Shown one piece after another: positions 1 through 11,185 of a stretch of 64,000 bases of DNA. The notes under the pieces were generated by a model. It was not told the origin of the DNA, made no database searches, and saw only the letters and a list, made by a program, of their open reading frames with translations. The DNA is from Pirellulales bacterium (GTDB lineage Bacteria > Planctomycetota > Planctomycetia > Pirellulales > PALSA-1355). Each line of letters starts with the position of its first letter. The stretch's first letter is position 1. Location: positions 96,001-160,000 of the forward strand of contig CAVTBU010000005.1 in assembly GCA_963733035.1 (NCBI GenBank). The letters are read 5' to 3'. A program made the position numbers and the translations under genes.

Positions 1-1507
1 TCTGGCGAGCGTTTGCTTCGGCCTCAGCTGCCTTCAAGTCGGCGCGCTCCTTTTCCTTTAGAGCGGCTTCGGCATTTATCTCAGATTCTTTGGCCTTTGT
101 GTCGGCGCGCTCTTTTTGGGCTAAGGCAGCCCGAGCGTTAGCTTCAGCTATCGCCGCCTGTTCATCCGCTCGCCGTTCTGCCCTCGTGGCCCGAATCGCC
201 TGCCAACTGCTGACGACCGTACCGAGAACTAGAGCAGCAATGAGCAGCGAAGCAGTCACAAGTGCCCCGCGATTTCGTCGGGCGAACTTACGGAAGCGGT
301 AGGCAGCCGATGGCGGACCAGCTTCCACGGGTTGGTCGGTCAGGTAACGGCTGATATCGCTGGCGAGGCTGTTGGCGGTTTCGTAGCGGCGGCTGCGGTC
401 CTTTTCCAGCGTCTTCATGACGATCCAGTCCAGGTCGCCGCGGATGAACTGGCTCAGGCGATTGGGATCGGCTTGGCGATGCGTTGCTACAGCAGTGCGA
501 GTTTCCCCCAGCGTGCTTATCATCGTGCTAGGACGAACGGGCTCTTCCTCGCGGATGATTCGTCGAATCTCATCAAACGTGGCTTTTCGAAACCGTTCCC
601 GGTCGAAAGGCGTTGTGCCAGTCAGCAATTCGTAGAGCAGCACGCCCAGTGAGTAGATGTCGGTTCTTGTATCAACATCCAGGCTGCTCATCTCGGCTTG
701 TTCGGGACTCATGTACAGCGGGGTCCCAACCATCGCCGCGAAGTTCGTGAAGAGCGTCTTCTCGGTGAGCTGCTGGTTGATTGCCTTGGCGACGCCAAAA
801 TCGATGACCTTGGGTACTGGCTTGCCATCGTTGAGCGTCACCAGCACATTCGACGGCTTGATGTCGCGATGGATAATGCCCTTTTGATGAGCGTGCTGAA
901 CGGCATGACAGACCTGGGCGAACAAGTCCAGACGGTCGCGCAGCGAAAGCTGGTTCAAATCACAGTATTCAGTAATAGGCACACCACGGACCAGTTCCAT
1001 CACGAAAAACGGTCGTCCCGAGTCGGTCGTACCAGCGTCGTAGACTCGGGCGATGTTGGGGTGGTCCATCATGGCCAGAGCCTGACGTTCGGCTTCAAAC
1101 CGAGCGACCACCTGCTTGGTATCGAGTCCCGGCTTGATCACCTTGAGCGCGACACGCCTCCGCAATGGCTCCTGCTGCTCGGCCATATAGACGGCGCCCA
1201 TCCCGCCTTCGCCGATGAGTTCCAGCAGCTTGTAGGGTCCGATTGTGGTGCCCGCCAGGTCGGTCGTATCGTCGCTCGCACCCTCGCCGTTCCCAACTGG
1301 CGAAACACCCGCGGTCGGAAGGAGCCCGCTCGGCGGCAGTTCCAAGAAATCACCAGCTTTAGCGTGGGCTGCCAACAGCCTTTCGGCCGCCTGACGCAGT
1401 TCGGGTGAATCGGCGCAAACTTCGTTTAGATAGGCAGTCCGTTCTTCCGCCGTATGCTTCTCGAGCGCGGCACAGAAAACATCTTCAACACGGGAAGGAT
1501 CGGACAT
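1..1507 (-). CDS. Ser/Thr protein kinase (Hanks type), 3' end runs off the window
   Basis: Minus-strand frame starting [16 protein letters not shown] with [34 protein letters not shown] and [10 protein letters not shown] motifs, followed by a hydrophobic segment. Not in the ORF track because it has no stop in the window. Confidence 0.93.
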   Translation of the reverse strand, partial: MSDPSRVEDVFCAALEKHTAEERTAYLNEVCADSPELRQAAERLLAAHAKAGDFLELPPSGLLPTAGVSPVGNGEGASDDTTDLAGTTIGPYKLLELIGEGGMGAVYMAEQQEPLRRRVALKVIKPGLDTKQVVARFEAERQALAMMDHPNIARVYDAGTTDSGRPFFVMELVRGVPITEYCDLNQLSLRDRLDLFAQVCHAVQHAHQKGIIHRDIKPSNVLVTLNDGKPVPKVIDFGVAKAINQQLTEKTLFTNFAAMVGTPLYMSPEQAEMSSLDVDTRTDIYSLGVLLYELLTGTTPFDRERFRKATFDEIRRIIREEEPVRPSTMISTLGETRTAVATHRQADPNRLSQFIRGDLDWIVMKTLEKDRSRRYETANSLASDISRYLTDQPVEAGPPSAAYRFRKFARRNRGALVTASLLIAALVLGTVVSSWQAIRATRAERRADEQAAIAEANARAALAQKERADTKAKESEINAEAALKEKERADLKAAEAEANARQ

Positions 1508-1510
1508 GGG

Positions 1511-2092
1511 TCAGTTCTCTGTGATTACTCCAAGGTCGTCGTTCAATTCGGCATACAGCCAACTGCGGGCATAAGCCCAGTGCCGCTCCGCGGTAGCGAC
1601 CGAGATTCCCAGGGCTTCGGCAGCTTCGCGCGTGGTGAACCCAGCAAAGTAACGCAGCTTGACCAGCTCCGCCTTGGCAGGTGCTCGGGAAGCCAGCCGA
1701 TCCAGTGCTTCGTCGAGGGCGAGCAGGTCCGTGGCGGGAGCATCGTCGGCAAGCGAGCAGGCGGCTTCCAAGTCCACGCGCTTTCGTCCACCGCCATGCT
1801 TGTATGCATTTCGGCGACGGGCTTTATCGACCAAGATGCGCCGCATGGCTTCTGCCGCCGCAGCAAAGAAATGGTTGCGACCTTGCCACGAATGGTGATT
1901 GTCTCCACCAGCCAGCTTCAAATAGGCTTCATGTACCAAGCCGGTCGCATCGAGGGTTTGTCCCGGTCGCTCTTGGGACAGTTTCCGCGCAGCCAGCCGT
2001 CTCAATTCACCGTACACCAGCGGCAACAACTGATCCGCCGCCAAGGCGTTGCCTTGTTCGATCTGAAGCAGTAGTTGCGTTACTTCTGACAT
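1511..2092 (-). CDS. ECF sigma factor (planctomycete kinase-associated type)
   Basis: MSEVTQLL, LLPLVYGELRRLA, TLDATGLVHEAYLKL, LVKLRYFAG and C-terminal HTH. Abuts the kinase gene. Confidence 0.92.
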   Translation of the reverse strand: MSEVTQLLLQIEQGNALAADQLLPLVYGELRRLAARKLSQERPGQTLDATGLVHEAYLKLAGGDNHHSWQGRNHFFAAAAEAMRRILVDKARRRNAYKHGGGRKRVDLEAACSLADDAPATDLLALDEALDRLASRAPAKAELVKLRYFAGFTTREAAEALGISVATAERHWAYARSWLYAELNDDLGVITEN

Positions 2093-2225
2093 ACGGCAAG
2101 CCGCCTGCGAATCGAGGGGTTCATGACCGCCCATTCTAATGTCAACTCGGCGACCGATTGAAGTTTTCGCGATGGACTGCAGAATGCATTTTGGATGAGC
2201 CAAAAATGCGGAACCCGAAGGATCG

Positions 2226-2945
2226 CTACTTCGAAGTTAGCGATTCAGACATGTTGAGCTCGAGCTTAGCGAAGCCGGGTTTCGGTCCTTTGCTTCCTTG
2301 GTCCATGGTCGCGACCTGGGCGGACAGGCGATCACGGAATACGTATCCGCTGTATTTGCGGCTCCGTGCCTCGCCGATGATCATGTTGCCGGTTTGCATT
2401 TCGATCTGGCAGCCTTGATATTCTCCACTCACCTTGACCCGCGCCGGTCTGCCGAAACGACCGATCTCGATCAGTTCTCCCTCGAAGCCAAGTTTTCGAG
2501 CTTTGGTGATGTGCAACTCGACCTGCACGGCTCCGACCTTGGTGTCCATCGTCCCCGACCACCTGGCTCCAGTAACAAACCGGTTCCGCCCGCCCAACAC
2601 GCGCGTGACCTTACGCTCCACAGTGTTTAGGCGGTGCATCTCGGGATGATCGGCTGACAAACCCTTTCGCTCCAGTACCTGACGGCATTTGTCGATGCCC
2701 GCGAGAATCACCTCGAAGTTCTTAATCGCCGGCTCGATTTTGGCAAGGAACTCGTCCGAGGTGGGCAGCTCGCCCGAATGGTCAAAGGCAGCACGAGTTT
2801 GGAAATCCAGCTGCTTTCGGAGCATGTCGGTCGCCCGCTCGACCCTCTTTTCCAGTGTGGCAATCCGATCCGTCCCAGCGGCAGCCGAACTGGTGCTTAG
2901 TACGACCACCAGTCCCATCGCCAGCGCAATTTGAATCCTTTTCAT
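2226..2945 (-). CDS. Secreted hypothetical protein
   Basis: Signal-peptide-like start MKRIQIALAMGLVVVLSTSSAAA with GGGAG upstream. Confidence 0.7.
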   Translation of the reverse strand: MKRIQIALAMGLVVVLSTSSAAAGTDRIATLEKRVERATDMLRKQLDFQTRAAFDHSGELPTSDEFLAKIEPAIKNFEVILAGIDKCRQVLERKGLSADHPEMHRLNTVERKVTRVLGGRNRFVTGARWSGTMDTKVGAVQVELHITKARKLGFEGELIEIGRFGRPARVKVSGEYQGCQIEMQTGNMIIGEARSRKYSGYVFRDRLSAQVATMDQGSKGPKPGFAKLELNMSESLTSK

Positions 2946-2990
2946 TGGTTTGCTCCCCAGCGTCCTGTTTTTTTGCGTTCCTACTGCCGT

Positions 2991-3018
2991 ATGCGAGATT
3001 GCTGGGGAGAGTCCCTCA
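2991..3018 (-). promoter_or_regulatory. Possible ECF-dependent promoter TGAGGG-N16-TCGCAT
   Basis: Bipartite motif about 45 bp upstream of the secreted gene that precedes the ECF sigma. The assignment is inference. Confidence 0.3.
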
Positions 3019-3566
3019 TCGAAGGCGGATCTTTTCTTGGGGAATTGACGGTTGGAGGGGGGCGGGTGTGGGGCGAGTGGCCGTGCCGATGGCGGGAAAT
3101 GTCGAATGGACGGCATTGAAGGCTTACCTATTTTGACTCGATTCGACACTGTGTCGGAAAATTGCCGGTGAACTTGGGCATGCGCAGGCCGGGTCGTTGG
3201 TCATCAGCCGCGAAGTCATTCGGGCAACCGTGTCAACACTTGGTAGTTGGAGGATGTCGTTTCCTGCCTTACAAACCATGCAGGACAAGCCCAGGGCATT
3301 GATATACTCAAGTCGCGCACTGGACGTTTTCGAGTCATCGCTCCGCCTTGTCGCATTCGTTGGGGCGAAGTCCTGCACTCGGCGGATCCAACGCGTACTC
3401 ATGCGTGTGGTATGATGCCCGCGTCTTTTCGGCTGGCGTGAGCTTTTGGATCGTGAACCAGTAGGGACAAGAAGTCGAAACCGTGAATGTGCGCCCTTGC
3501 TTGTCGCCACCGTTGTCGCTTCAGCACCGTGGGCAAATCGGCTGCGATTGAATGGGCGGAACTGAT

Positions 3567-4100
3567 TCACTCGCACGGCCAATCTGTCCCCGCCTCAATC
3601 GTCAGCACGTCCCAATCGGGAACGATTTCATCGTCCTGCCGGCGATAGTGCCAAACGCCATTCGGACTGATGATCCGATAGAACCCGTTGGGCACGCGGT
3701 CGCGCAGATGAGCTACAACCCCTTCTTTAGTCCCAGTGGTGATCACGTGCCCAGATTGGTCTTGGAGCACGTATTGCGATTTTGAATCAACGGCGACCCA
3801 CTCCTGATTCTTCGCGGCATCCAGTCCGTCCGACGTGACCTTCACCAATGGATACACTTTGAACCGTTCAATTTCAGATTCAGGCTCGACCACGTTGCAT
3901 TCGTCGGCGACAACACCATCAGAATAATCGACCTCCCAAGGCACGTTTTCCTCATCGGCAAGTTCTTCAAGATAATTGCACACGCTGTAATTCTCAAGTT
4001 CTTCGACATCCATGTCGTCGGGGATTTCAACATAGAAACGCCGACAGAGGCGTAATCCTTCCTCTCCAAATTGCTCGATCAAAACCCTTTTCATCATCAT
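3567..4100 (-). CDS. Acidic hypothetical protein
   Basis: 177-aa ORF with GAGG RBS. N-terminus is paralogous to the 5066-5590 product. Confidence 0.7.
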   Translation of the reverse strand: MMMKRVLIEQFGEEGLRLCRRFYVEIPDDMDVEELENYSVCNYLEELADEENVPWEVDYSDGVVADECNVVEPESEIERFKVYPLVKVTSDGLDAAKNQEWVAVDSKSQYVLQDQSGHVITTGTKEGVVAHLRDRVPNGFYRIISPNGVWHYRRQDDEIVPDWDVLTIEAGTDWPCE

Positions 4101-4191
4101 TTCCTCATTTCAATGCTCCAAACATTTAACGGCTCGTTCGGTAGCCCACGACGAGCACACCACCGAAGTCGAGCCATCGTGTCACGATCTG

Positions 4192-5079
4192 TTACATCCC
4201 ATCTGCCGGTTCAAAGTTCATCCAGACCCGCTCAGTCATACGCGGCTTGTCCGCTTTTCCGCTGGCGTGGTTCGGCAGTTCGAAATCCACATGATGCCAG
4301 CCGTGCGTTCTTGCAGCCTGATCGTAGAGATCGGACGGATAGCCCGAGAGTAAGAACTTGCCTTGGCAGCCGGCGAGAGCCTCCAATAACTCTCGGTGTT
4401 GCTCCTCAGACATTTCGTGTTGGTATACACCCGTGCTTGTGCGCGTCTCGAATAGGTATGGCGGATCCAAGTAGAACAACGTCTTGTCGCCATCCTGCTG
4501 CTTGACTACTTCCACTGCATCACGATTGAGAATTACAACCCGTTTCAGGCGTGCGTACACCTCAGACAGACCTTCCACGCACGTCAGCCATGCACTGGCT
4601 TGCTCGTTCATGCCGCGCCGAGTTCGGTTTCGGCTCAGTGGAGCAAAATTCTGGAACGACCCTGCCCGAGATTGACGACAGCGGATGAAGAACCCGACCG
4701 CGCGTAAAACAATGTCGGCGTCACAGCTCAACTTCGCTGCGATGTGCCACATTGCTTTAGAGAATGGCACTGCCTGGATGATCCTTTCGAACCTACGGAA
4801 TGAATGTGGATCCTGAAGCACAGTCCAGGAGTTCATCAACTCGCGATGCAGGTCGTTGACCACCTCGCTGCATCCCTTTTGATACGACGGCAAGGGCTCT
4901 CCATCGTCGAGCCAATCACGATTCGGATCGCGCTCCAGCAGTACGGCAAGACTGCCGGCATAGGGTTCGACGTAGCACAAGTGGGGCGGCATCAGAGCGA
5001 TGATCTTCTTCGCGAGATAGTGCTTGCCTCCATGCCATTTCAGTGGCGATGACGGCGCCTGGTAATCAACCGTTGGCAT
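4192..5079 (-). CDS. DNA adenine methyltransferase (Dam/D12 class)
   Basis: PLKWHGGK, YVEPYAGS (motif I), VVNDL and FYLDPPY (motif IV). GGAG RBS before MPTVDY. Confidence 0.92.
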   Translation of the reverse strand: MPTVDYQAPSSPLKWHGGKHYLAKKIIALMPPHLCYVEPYAGSLAVLLERDPNRDWLDDGEPLPSYQKGCSEVVNDLHRELMNSWTVLQDPHSFRRFERIIQAVPFSKAMWHIAAKLSCDADIVLRAVGFFIRCRQSRAGSFQNFAPLSRNRTRRGMNEQASAWLTCVEGLSEVYARLKRVVILNRDAVEVVKQQDGDKTLFYLDPPYLFETRTSTGVYQHEMSEEQHRELLEALAGCQGKFLLSGYPSDLYDQAARTHGWHHVDFELPNHASGKADKPRMTERVWMNFEPADGM

Positions 5080-5590
5080 TGGCGGCTCCTTCACTCCTGG
5101 CTTGCTCGTCCGAGTCGCCCACAGTGGAACGAGACTCCGCGTCATGGCTACCGGATAACGTCGTAACGATGGTGACCCGCGACAGATCCTCCCAGACGTA
5201 CGGACCGATAACTGCTTCCCCCAATTCGCTTGCACTTGGATCGTCCACTGCACTTTGCAGACCGCAATGCTCGCACCCGACCATCAACCAGCATCCGTCA
5301 AGGTATGTTTCGAACTCGTGATTGCAGCACCGAACACGCTCCAGTTCCTCCGCCAAATCAACCACTGGCAAGACTGAATTTGGCTCGGCGGCGTGCGACA
5401 CAAAGTGCCGGATCGGCGTGATGTGGAATTCCTCGCGTGTCACCCAATTTGTCTCCCTGTCCAGCTTCAGGTCTTCGAGCCGCACACACTCAATCAATTC
5501 CTCAGGACAGTCATCGGGAACCTCGACGACAAACTCCCTGATGTATTCCACCTCCGATACTCCCACCTGCTTTATTACGACACGTTTCAT
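5066..5590 (-). CDS. Hypothetical protein with C-terminal Cys/His (Zn-finger-like) domain
   Basis: CCNHEF...CEHC...VDDP...PYVWEDLSRVT. Overlaps the dam start. Confidence 0.72.
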   Translation of the reverse strand: MKRVVIKQVGVSEVEYIREFVVEVPDDCPEELIECVRLEDLKLDRETNWVTREEFHITPIRHFVSHAAEPNSVLPVVDLAEELERVRCCNHEFETYLDGCWLMVGCEHCGLQSAVDDPSASELGEAVIGPYVWEDLSRVTIVTTLSGSHDAESRSTVGDSDEQARSEGAANANG

Positions 5591-5713
5591 CTTCCAATCC
5601 CCTTACTTGCGTGTGGCACATCGCCGCACAGCACTTATCTAGTATTCTTTAAACGAGCCGCACCGTGGGACGACCCGCGACGAGCGAGCCTCCCACCAGT
5701 GCAGCCATTGCTG

Positions 5714-6553
5714 TTACGCTTGCTTCGAGACTTCTTTGACTTCCAGGCACAGATCGTCATGCACTCGGAGCTGTTCCACCAAGTCAGGATGAATGACCTC
5801 GTCGTCCGCATTCTCGTACCAGCCGAAACCGTCCCGAAACCAGCCAACCCTTTCACAGACGAACCAGTCGTCGATGGAGTCATATACGGATCGCATCGCA
5901 GGAATTGCGCAAACATCTTCGTCCGTTTTCAGTACTCTGTGGGCTTTCGGTGTCAATCGTGCTCGAAAGTTTCGGTCTCTCTCGCACATGACGGCATAGC
6001 GCGGGTCCGACCACAAGAACCGAAGCAGCGACAGGCTGAGCGTATTGACCTCAATGGGCTTGCTGGTGCAGATGACCCGATAGCCTGCGTACGTCGTGTA
6101 GATACGATAGGATTGCGGTTTGAAATCGCTGCCAGCAAGCTCATCCAAGATCGACAAGCTCTCAAAAATGCACTCTAAAGGACTCATCCACGAGTATTTG
6201 CCCAGCAGCGCCCCGTCGTCCAAATCACCGTCGATGTCTGCGATAAACAGATTCCGGCTGTTCAGACAAACTGCCCCCCGTGAATTGACCGTCAGGCTTG
6301 CACTGCCCAGTTGGTAAGCGCCTGCGGTGTCGAGCACTGGCTCTCCGCCCTCAATTTCGTCGAGCGCAATCTCTTGCTCATTCCACACAAGCGCCCTGGC
6401 TCGTTTGAGCACTTCTAGGCGAGCAGGATTTTCCAGGCGACGCCGTAATTCCGCAGCTCGCATCGCAGCACGCTCCTTTTCTCGCTTTTCCCACACCTCA
6501 AATGAAATGGGAGCTGCCACACTTCGTAACTTTTCCAAAAACGTATCAGTCAT
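5714..6553 (-). CDS. Conserved-looking hypothetical protein, possible AEP (primase-polymerase)-like fold
   Basis: LFIADID, YRIYTTYAGYRV and DPRY...FRARLTPK motifs. AAGGA RBS. Confidence 0.6.
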   Translation of the reverse strand: MTDTFLEKLRSVAAPISFEVWEKREKERAAMRAAELRRRLENPARLEVLKRARALVWNEQEIALDEIEGGEPVLDTAGAYQLGSASLTVNSRGAVCLNSRNLFIADIDGDLDDGALLGKYSWMSPLECIFESLSILDELAGSDFKPQSYRIYTTYAGYRVICTSKPIEVNTLSLSLLRFLWSDPRYAVMCERDRNFRARLTPKAHRVLKTDEDVCAIPAMRSVYDSIDDWFVCERVGWFRDGFGWYENADDEVIHPDLVEQLRVHDDLCLEVKEVSKQA

Positions 6554-6844
6554 AATTCGTATTCCTTAGACGCCGACGGCGCATCGCCGCGGCGTAGTTG
6601 TTCTGAAAGTTCGCCCACAAAATGCAGTCCAACGAAGACTGCGGTGGGCATCCCAGCACTCGAGCGAGAGGATGGGGGCGTCCGAGAGAGCGGACACTCA
6701 GTAGAGAGAAAGTTCTTTCAACGTTGCGGTTACTTTAGCATGAGTCGAAGTCGCATGCAACACCAACTTTTTGCGCGCGACGGTTTGTTTTGCGATTTTC
6801 AAAAACCAGTTTCCAAAACTGCAACACTCCACCGATGCAAATGC

Positions 6845-7060
6845 TCACTGAGGTGTATCGTCATTGTTACTGGCTCTGTCCATCGTGAGCTTGAGCTTCT
6901 CTGAAATCGGCACGATCTCCTCGGCAGTCCAGACTCTACGGCTACCAACTCGCAGCCGAGGCTCCGGAACCTGCCCCGTAGCCAGAAGATAATGGATCTT
7001 GTAGGGCGCAACGCGCAGCAACTCTGCCACGTCGCCGAGCGAATAAAATTGTTTGGTCAT
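6845..7060 (-). CDS. Small HTH DNA-binding protein (excisionase/MerR-like)
   Basis: YSLGDVAELLRV...GQVPEP...RRVWTAEEI. Strong GGAGGTG RBS. Confidence 0.8.
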   Translation of the reverse strand: MTKQFYSLGDVAELLRVAPYKIHYLLATGQVPEPRLRVGSRRVWTAEEIVPISEKLKLTMDRASNNDDTPQ

Positions 7061-7756
7061 TTATCACCTCCACGGTATCTATGCAGAAGAGCATCATATT
7101 TTCATTGTGACGACAGGAAATTCTTTCCCGGCGCGAAGAAATCGTTCCAAGGGCGAGTGAGAAGAAAGAACCTCGACAGTCAAGATCCGAGTTGGTCCGC
7201 GACCGGTTCAAAGCGACGGAATCGCTGAACTGTCCTGGGTTTTGCCCGCGCACTGTTTTCGGCGCCTGCATCTCTGGCGCCCTATCGGATCATTTTGAAA
7301 AACAAGTTTTTCAAAATCCCAAAGACCACGAAAATAACGGATCGACTTCGTCGCCTGCTTGGTATGCATCAACGTCTTTCCGAGTCGAAGGCGATTCCAT
7401 AGATGCTCGCTCGAAATCGCCTGAATCCTGCCTTTTTTGGCGGGAGCCAAACGCAGCACGCACTGACGGGAAATCGAAGATACGTTGGATTTCGAAGCGA
7501 TTTGTGGGCACTCGTCGCTGGGTCGTTGAATCACAACCCAGATTGAGCTGCCTGTGAGTAGACTCTGAGGCGCCGCGGCGCGAAATGATCGGGACTCAGC
7601 CGACCGGAGATGCCTCGATACCACACAGGTTCTCTGCATCCCGTCGGTCAAAGTGGACCAGTATCCACCGGGCACTTCCTTGCATGACGCCGCAGCCTCG
7701 TGGTATCGTTTCGGCGTCGGCAACCGATGTCGTGTTGACTAACTCGGGAGAAGCTA

Positions 7757-9100
7757 GTGAATCGCATCGACCTTCGTATCAGACCAACATTGCTTATCTT
7801 CGTCATTGGACTGATTCAGTCCTCACGGATCTTGGCGGATCCGGTTTCCTGGAATCAAGAGGCGCAAATCTCGTATGGCACGGACAGTGCGCAGTTCGGG
7901 GCTACGGTGGCGGCGCAAGGAGATCGGATCCTAGTCGGTGCCTTACAGGGTGACGGCGTCGTGGCTGATTCCGGGGCTGCCTATATTTACGAGCGTTCTG
8001 CTGGAAGCTGGAACCGAGTAGCCACTCTCGCAGCCAACGATGGAACCCAATTTGCGAATTTCGGCGGAGCCGTCTCCTTAGACAACAACCGCGCGGTCGT
8101 CGGTGCCCGGGATGCCAGTCGCCCTGGCTTGCAATATGCCGGCTCGGCGTACGTCTATGACGCGGTCGGCAGTTCGTGGACCCAATCGGCACGACTTTCC
8201 GCACAGGACGCCATGGCGTCGGACAGTTTCGGAGCCGCCGTTAGTCTGCTCGGTAATCGGGTCGTTGTCGGTGCAACGAAAGATGACTATTCAACCTTTT
8301 CGGATGCTGGCTCCGCCTACGTCTTCGATCGGGATTCCAACGGAAATTGGCTACAGTCCGCTAAACTGACGCCGTTGGATCCTCAGTCGGATGCGGAGTT
8401 CGGCTTCAGTGCCGCGCAATTGATTGGTGAGGCGGTCATTGGCGCACCGTACCTCAGTCTACCCAACAGCTACCGCAATGGTGCCGTCTACGTTTTTGAC
8501 GAGCACGCCACCTCCTGGGATCAAACTGCCCGTCTTACCGCATCCGATGCCGGCTTCGATGATCGGTTCGGCTATTCCGTGGCGATGTCGGGGGACCGCA
8601 TGATCATCGGTGCCCCTGACGCTTCTCTGCCCGGTGGTCAGCGGGCTGGAGCCGCCTACATTTTTGACAAACTCAACGGCATCTGGACGGAAACCGCCAA
8701 ATTGATCGAACCGATCGTCAATGCAGACGACAATTTTGGGTTTTCGGTCGCACTCGATGGGGACAGGGCGATCATTGGCAGTCCCGTATATACAACTGCC
8801 ACGGGAAGTAAAGGTGCGGCATTTGTTTTCGATCTAGTTGACGGCAGTTGGCAGAATACGGCGATGGTCACGGCAAGTGACGCGACATCGAACGATGCGT
8901 TCGGCGAAGCTGTAGCCGTGACAGGCACTCGCGCAGTCGTTGGTGCAAGGCTTGCCGATACTCTAGCCGGCACGAATGCTGGTGCCGCCTATGTCTATTC
9001 AATTCCCGAGCCGACGGGCGCGGCGCTAGCTACCATCGGGCTGACCCTCTTTGCCGTGTTTGGATCCTGTCGGCGCCTGTCCATTTACGCCGCGAAGTGA
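7757..9100 (+). CDS. FG-GAP repeat beta-propeller with PEP-CTERM sorting signal
   Basis: Signal peptide, about seven FG.sV...GA....AG.AY[VI]F repeats, and C-terminal IPEP + transmembrane helix + RR. Confidence 0.9.
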   Translation: MNRIDLRIRPTLLIFVIGLIQSSRILADPVSWNQEAQISYGTDSAQFGATVAAQGDRILVGALQGDGVVADSGAAYIYERSAGSWNRVATLAANDGTQFANFGGAVSLDNNRAVVGARDASRPGLQYAGSAYVYDAVGSSWTQSARLSAQDAMASDSFGAAVSLLGNRVVVGATKDDYSTFSDAGSAYVFDRDSNGNWLQSAKLTPLDPQSDAEFGFSAAQLIGEAVIGAPYLSLPNSYRNGAVYVFDEHATSWDQTARLTASDAGFDDRFGYSVAMSGDRMIIGAPDASLPGGQRAGAAYIFDKLNGIWTETAKLIEPIVNADDNFGFSVALDGDRAIIGSPVYTTATGSKGAAFVFDLVDGSWQNTAMVTASDATSNDAFGEAVAVTGTRAVVGARLADTLAGTNAGAAYVYSIPEPTGAALATIGLTLFAVFGSCRRLSIYAAK

Positions 9101-9328
9101 ACCACGCAGGTGTATACCCGAGCTCACGATACCAGTGCTTTCAATCAACAGCGTTGTCGCCCCTTTCGCGACCGCCGCTGACATTCTCGCAGCACGACCG
9201 TTGCAAGCCACGGCTCGGTAAGGCGTCATTCGAGCCGCCGCGGGCGCGCAGATTGCTTGAACCAACGAATCCGCACCGATAGGTTCAACTTCCAGGGCTC
9301 ACAAACACTCAGTCCTGGAGGTTTGACC

Positions 9329-11185
9329 ATGGCACCGGCACTCAACCATCTCGCCGTCGCTTACATTCGCATGTCGAGCGACGACCAAGACCGAAGTCCA
9401 TCGCAGCAGCGTTCTCAGATCTTGGCTCTAGCGGCGAAGCGAAATCTTACCATCGTGCGATGGTATGAAGACCTTGGCATCTCCGGAGACGACATCAAGC
9501 GCCGCAAGTCTTTCCGTCAAATGGTCGCAGACGCAAGTTCCAAGGGGGACTTCAAGTGGATTCTATGCTGGTCCCAAGACCGCTTCGGGCGATTTGATTC
9601 CCTTGAAGCGGGTGAATGGGTGACGCCCCTGCGTCGAGCCGGAGTTTGCCTGGTTACCGTTGCCGAAGGGGAAATCGATTGGACCGAGGCAGCCGGAAGA
9701 ATCGTTTACACAATACAGCAAGAAGGCAAGAACGCGTTCCTCCTTGATCTGGCGCGCAACACGACACGCGGTCGCCTTGAGGCAGCAAAACGGATTGGAT
9801 TCGTCGGAGGACTACCACCGTATGGCTACGATCGAATAATTGTTGATGATCGAGGTAAATTCCACAGGCGCGTCCTCCGGCATGAGTTCTTCAGAACGCC
9901 GCCGGACTGGACAGCAAAGATTGTACCGAGCAAAACCGAGAGCGTGGTCGTCAAGCGAATCTTCGCCGAGTATGCGCGAGGCAAGTCCGCGCTGTCGATT
10001 GCCAGTGACTTGAACCAGCGTGGTATTCCCTCTCCTGGTCGGAAGGCATGGTACCTCATCACGATTCGGAATATCTTGCGCAACCCGGTGTATGTTGGCG
10101 ATCAGGTGTGGAATCGCAGGCACTCAGGAAAATACTTTTCGATCGTCGGAACTGAAGTCGTCACAGAAAAAATACGATGCAAAAAGCATGGTGAGCGAAC
10201 GACGAATGCCTGTATGAATCCGCCGGAAGAATGGGTTGTCATTCCGAATGCCCACCCCGCGATTGTATCGCGACGAACATTCGTTCAAGCTCAGTCGCGC
10301 ATCAAACAGAGACGTGGTCGCAATTATCAGTGTCCCGGGCTTCCGCTAACCGGACTGCTGCGTTGCGGACACTGCGGCTCGAAAATGACACACCGAGTTC
10401 GGCGATTTCAATACAACGGATCGGAGTATCGGTATTGGATCATTCTCTGTCCGACTCCGATCCGGAACGGCGGACAACTCTGCAAGCATCGAACCGCCAG
10501 TGAGGCACAAATCCGCGAGTTCGTCGTCTCCAGGCTCAACGACCTTATCGGCGATGGCTTTGAACAAACACTTCGGAAGCAGCTCTGCGACGATCTTGGT
10601 GGCAAGTATGCTCCCAAATCGAGAGACAAATTGCAAAGACGTGCGGATCAACTTGCACGAAAGATTGAAAAGGGTGCCGAAAACCTTCTGTTAGCCAAAC
10701 GAACGGATCTGCAAGCGGCGACCGCAAGACTCGACAGTTGGCAGCACGAACTGCTGGAAACGCATTCGCAGATCGCGGCGATTGACCAGGGTTCACCGGC
10801 GAACATCGAGGCAAGCGTAAAGACGATTATGTCGGAGATTCGATGCCTGCGTTTCGGATTGAAGTCGGGGGATCGCGCGCTACTCCATCACACCCTTCAG
10901 CGTTTACTCTCGCAAGTCACGCTGGTTTTTGAGCCAGATCCCAGGAAGCCGGGCTGTGGTCGCCTTAAGGAAGGAATCATCGAGGCGCGCACTCCATATT
11001 TGGGTGAACGCACGACTCCGGTCAAGTTACCGTTCACCCGCGACGAATTGGAGCGGCAAGTTCCTCGATCAAACTTTTGGCGAGTACGCAAGAAAGTCAT
11101 TAAGCGACCTCTACCCGGTCGCTCCAAAGTCCGAACGACATCTCGTTTCTCACAACTCCATTCAGAATTGCCGGCGTTGCGCTGA
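9329..11185 (+). CDS. Large serine recombinase (integrase)
   Basis: AYIRMS catalytic Ser, DLGISG, DRFGR, PPYGY, NPVYVG, HPAIVS and zinc ribbon LRCGHCG. GGAGG RBS. Confidence 0.93.
   Translation: MAPALNHLAVAYIRMSSDDQDRSPSQQRSQILALAAKRNLTIVRWYEDLGISGDDIKRRKSFRQMVADASSKGDFKWILCWSQDRFGRFDSLEAGEWVTPLRRAGVCLVTVAEGEIDWTEAAGRIVYTIQQEGKNAFLLDLARNTTRGRLEAAKRIGFVGGLPPYGYDRIIVDDRGKFHRRVLRHEFFRTPPDWTAKIVPSKTESVVVKRIFAEYARGKSALSIASDLNQRGIPSPGRKAWYLITIRNILRNPVYVGDQVWNRRHSGKYFSIVGTEVVTEKIRCKKHGERTTNACMNPPEEWVVIPNAHPAIVSRRTFVQAQSRIKQRRGRNYQCPGLPLTGLLRCGHCGSKMTHRVRRFQYNGSEYRYWIILCPTPIRNGGQLCKHRTASEAQIREFVVSRLNDLIGDGFEQTLRKQLCDDLGGKYAPKSRDKLQRRADQLARKIEKGAENLLLAKRTDLQAATARLDSWQHELLETHSQIAAIDQGSPANIEASVKTIMSEIRCLRFGLKSGDRALLHHTLQRLLSQVTLVFEPDPRKPGCGRLKEGIIEARTPYLGERTTPVKLPFTRDELERQVPRSNFWRVRKKVIKRPLPGRSKVRTTSRFSQLHSELPALR

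Noticed and set aside
698..1408. 236-aa plus-strand ORF
   Set aside because: Antisense shadow of the kinase gene.
3124..3582. 152-aa ORF
   Set aside because: No motifs and Arg/Ser-rich composition. It may hide a short real gene, but this cannot be supported.
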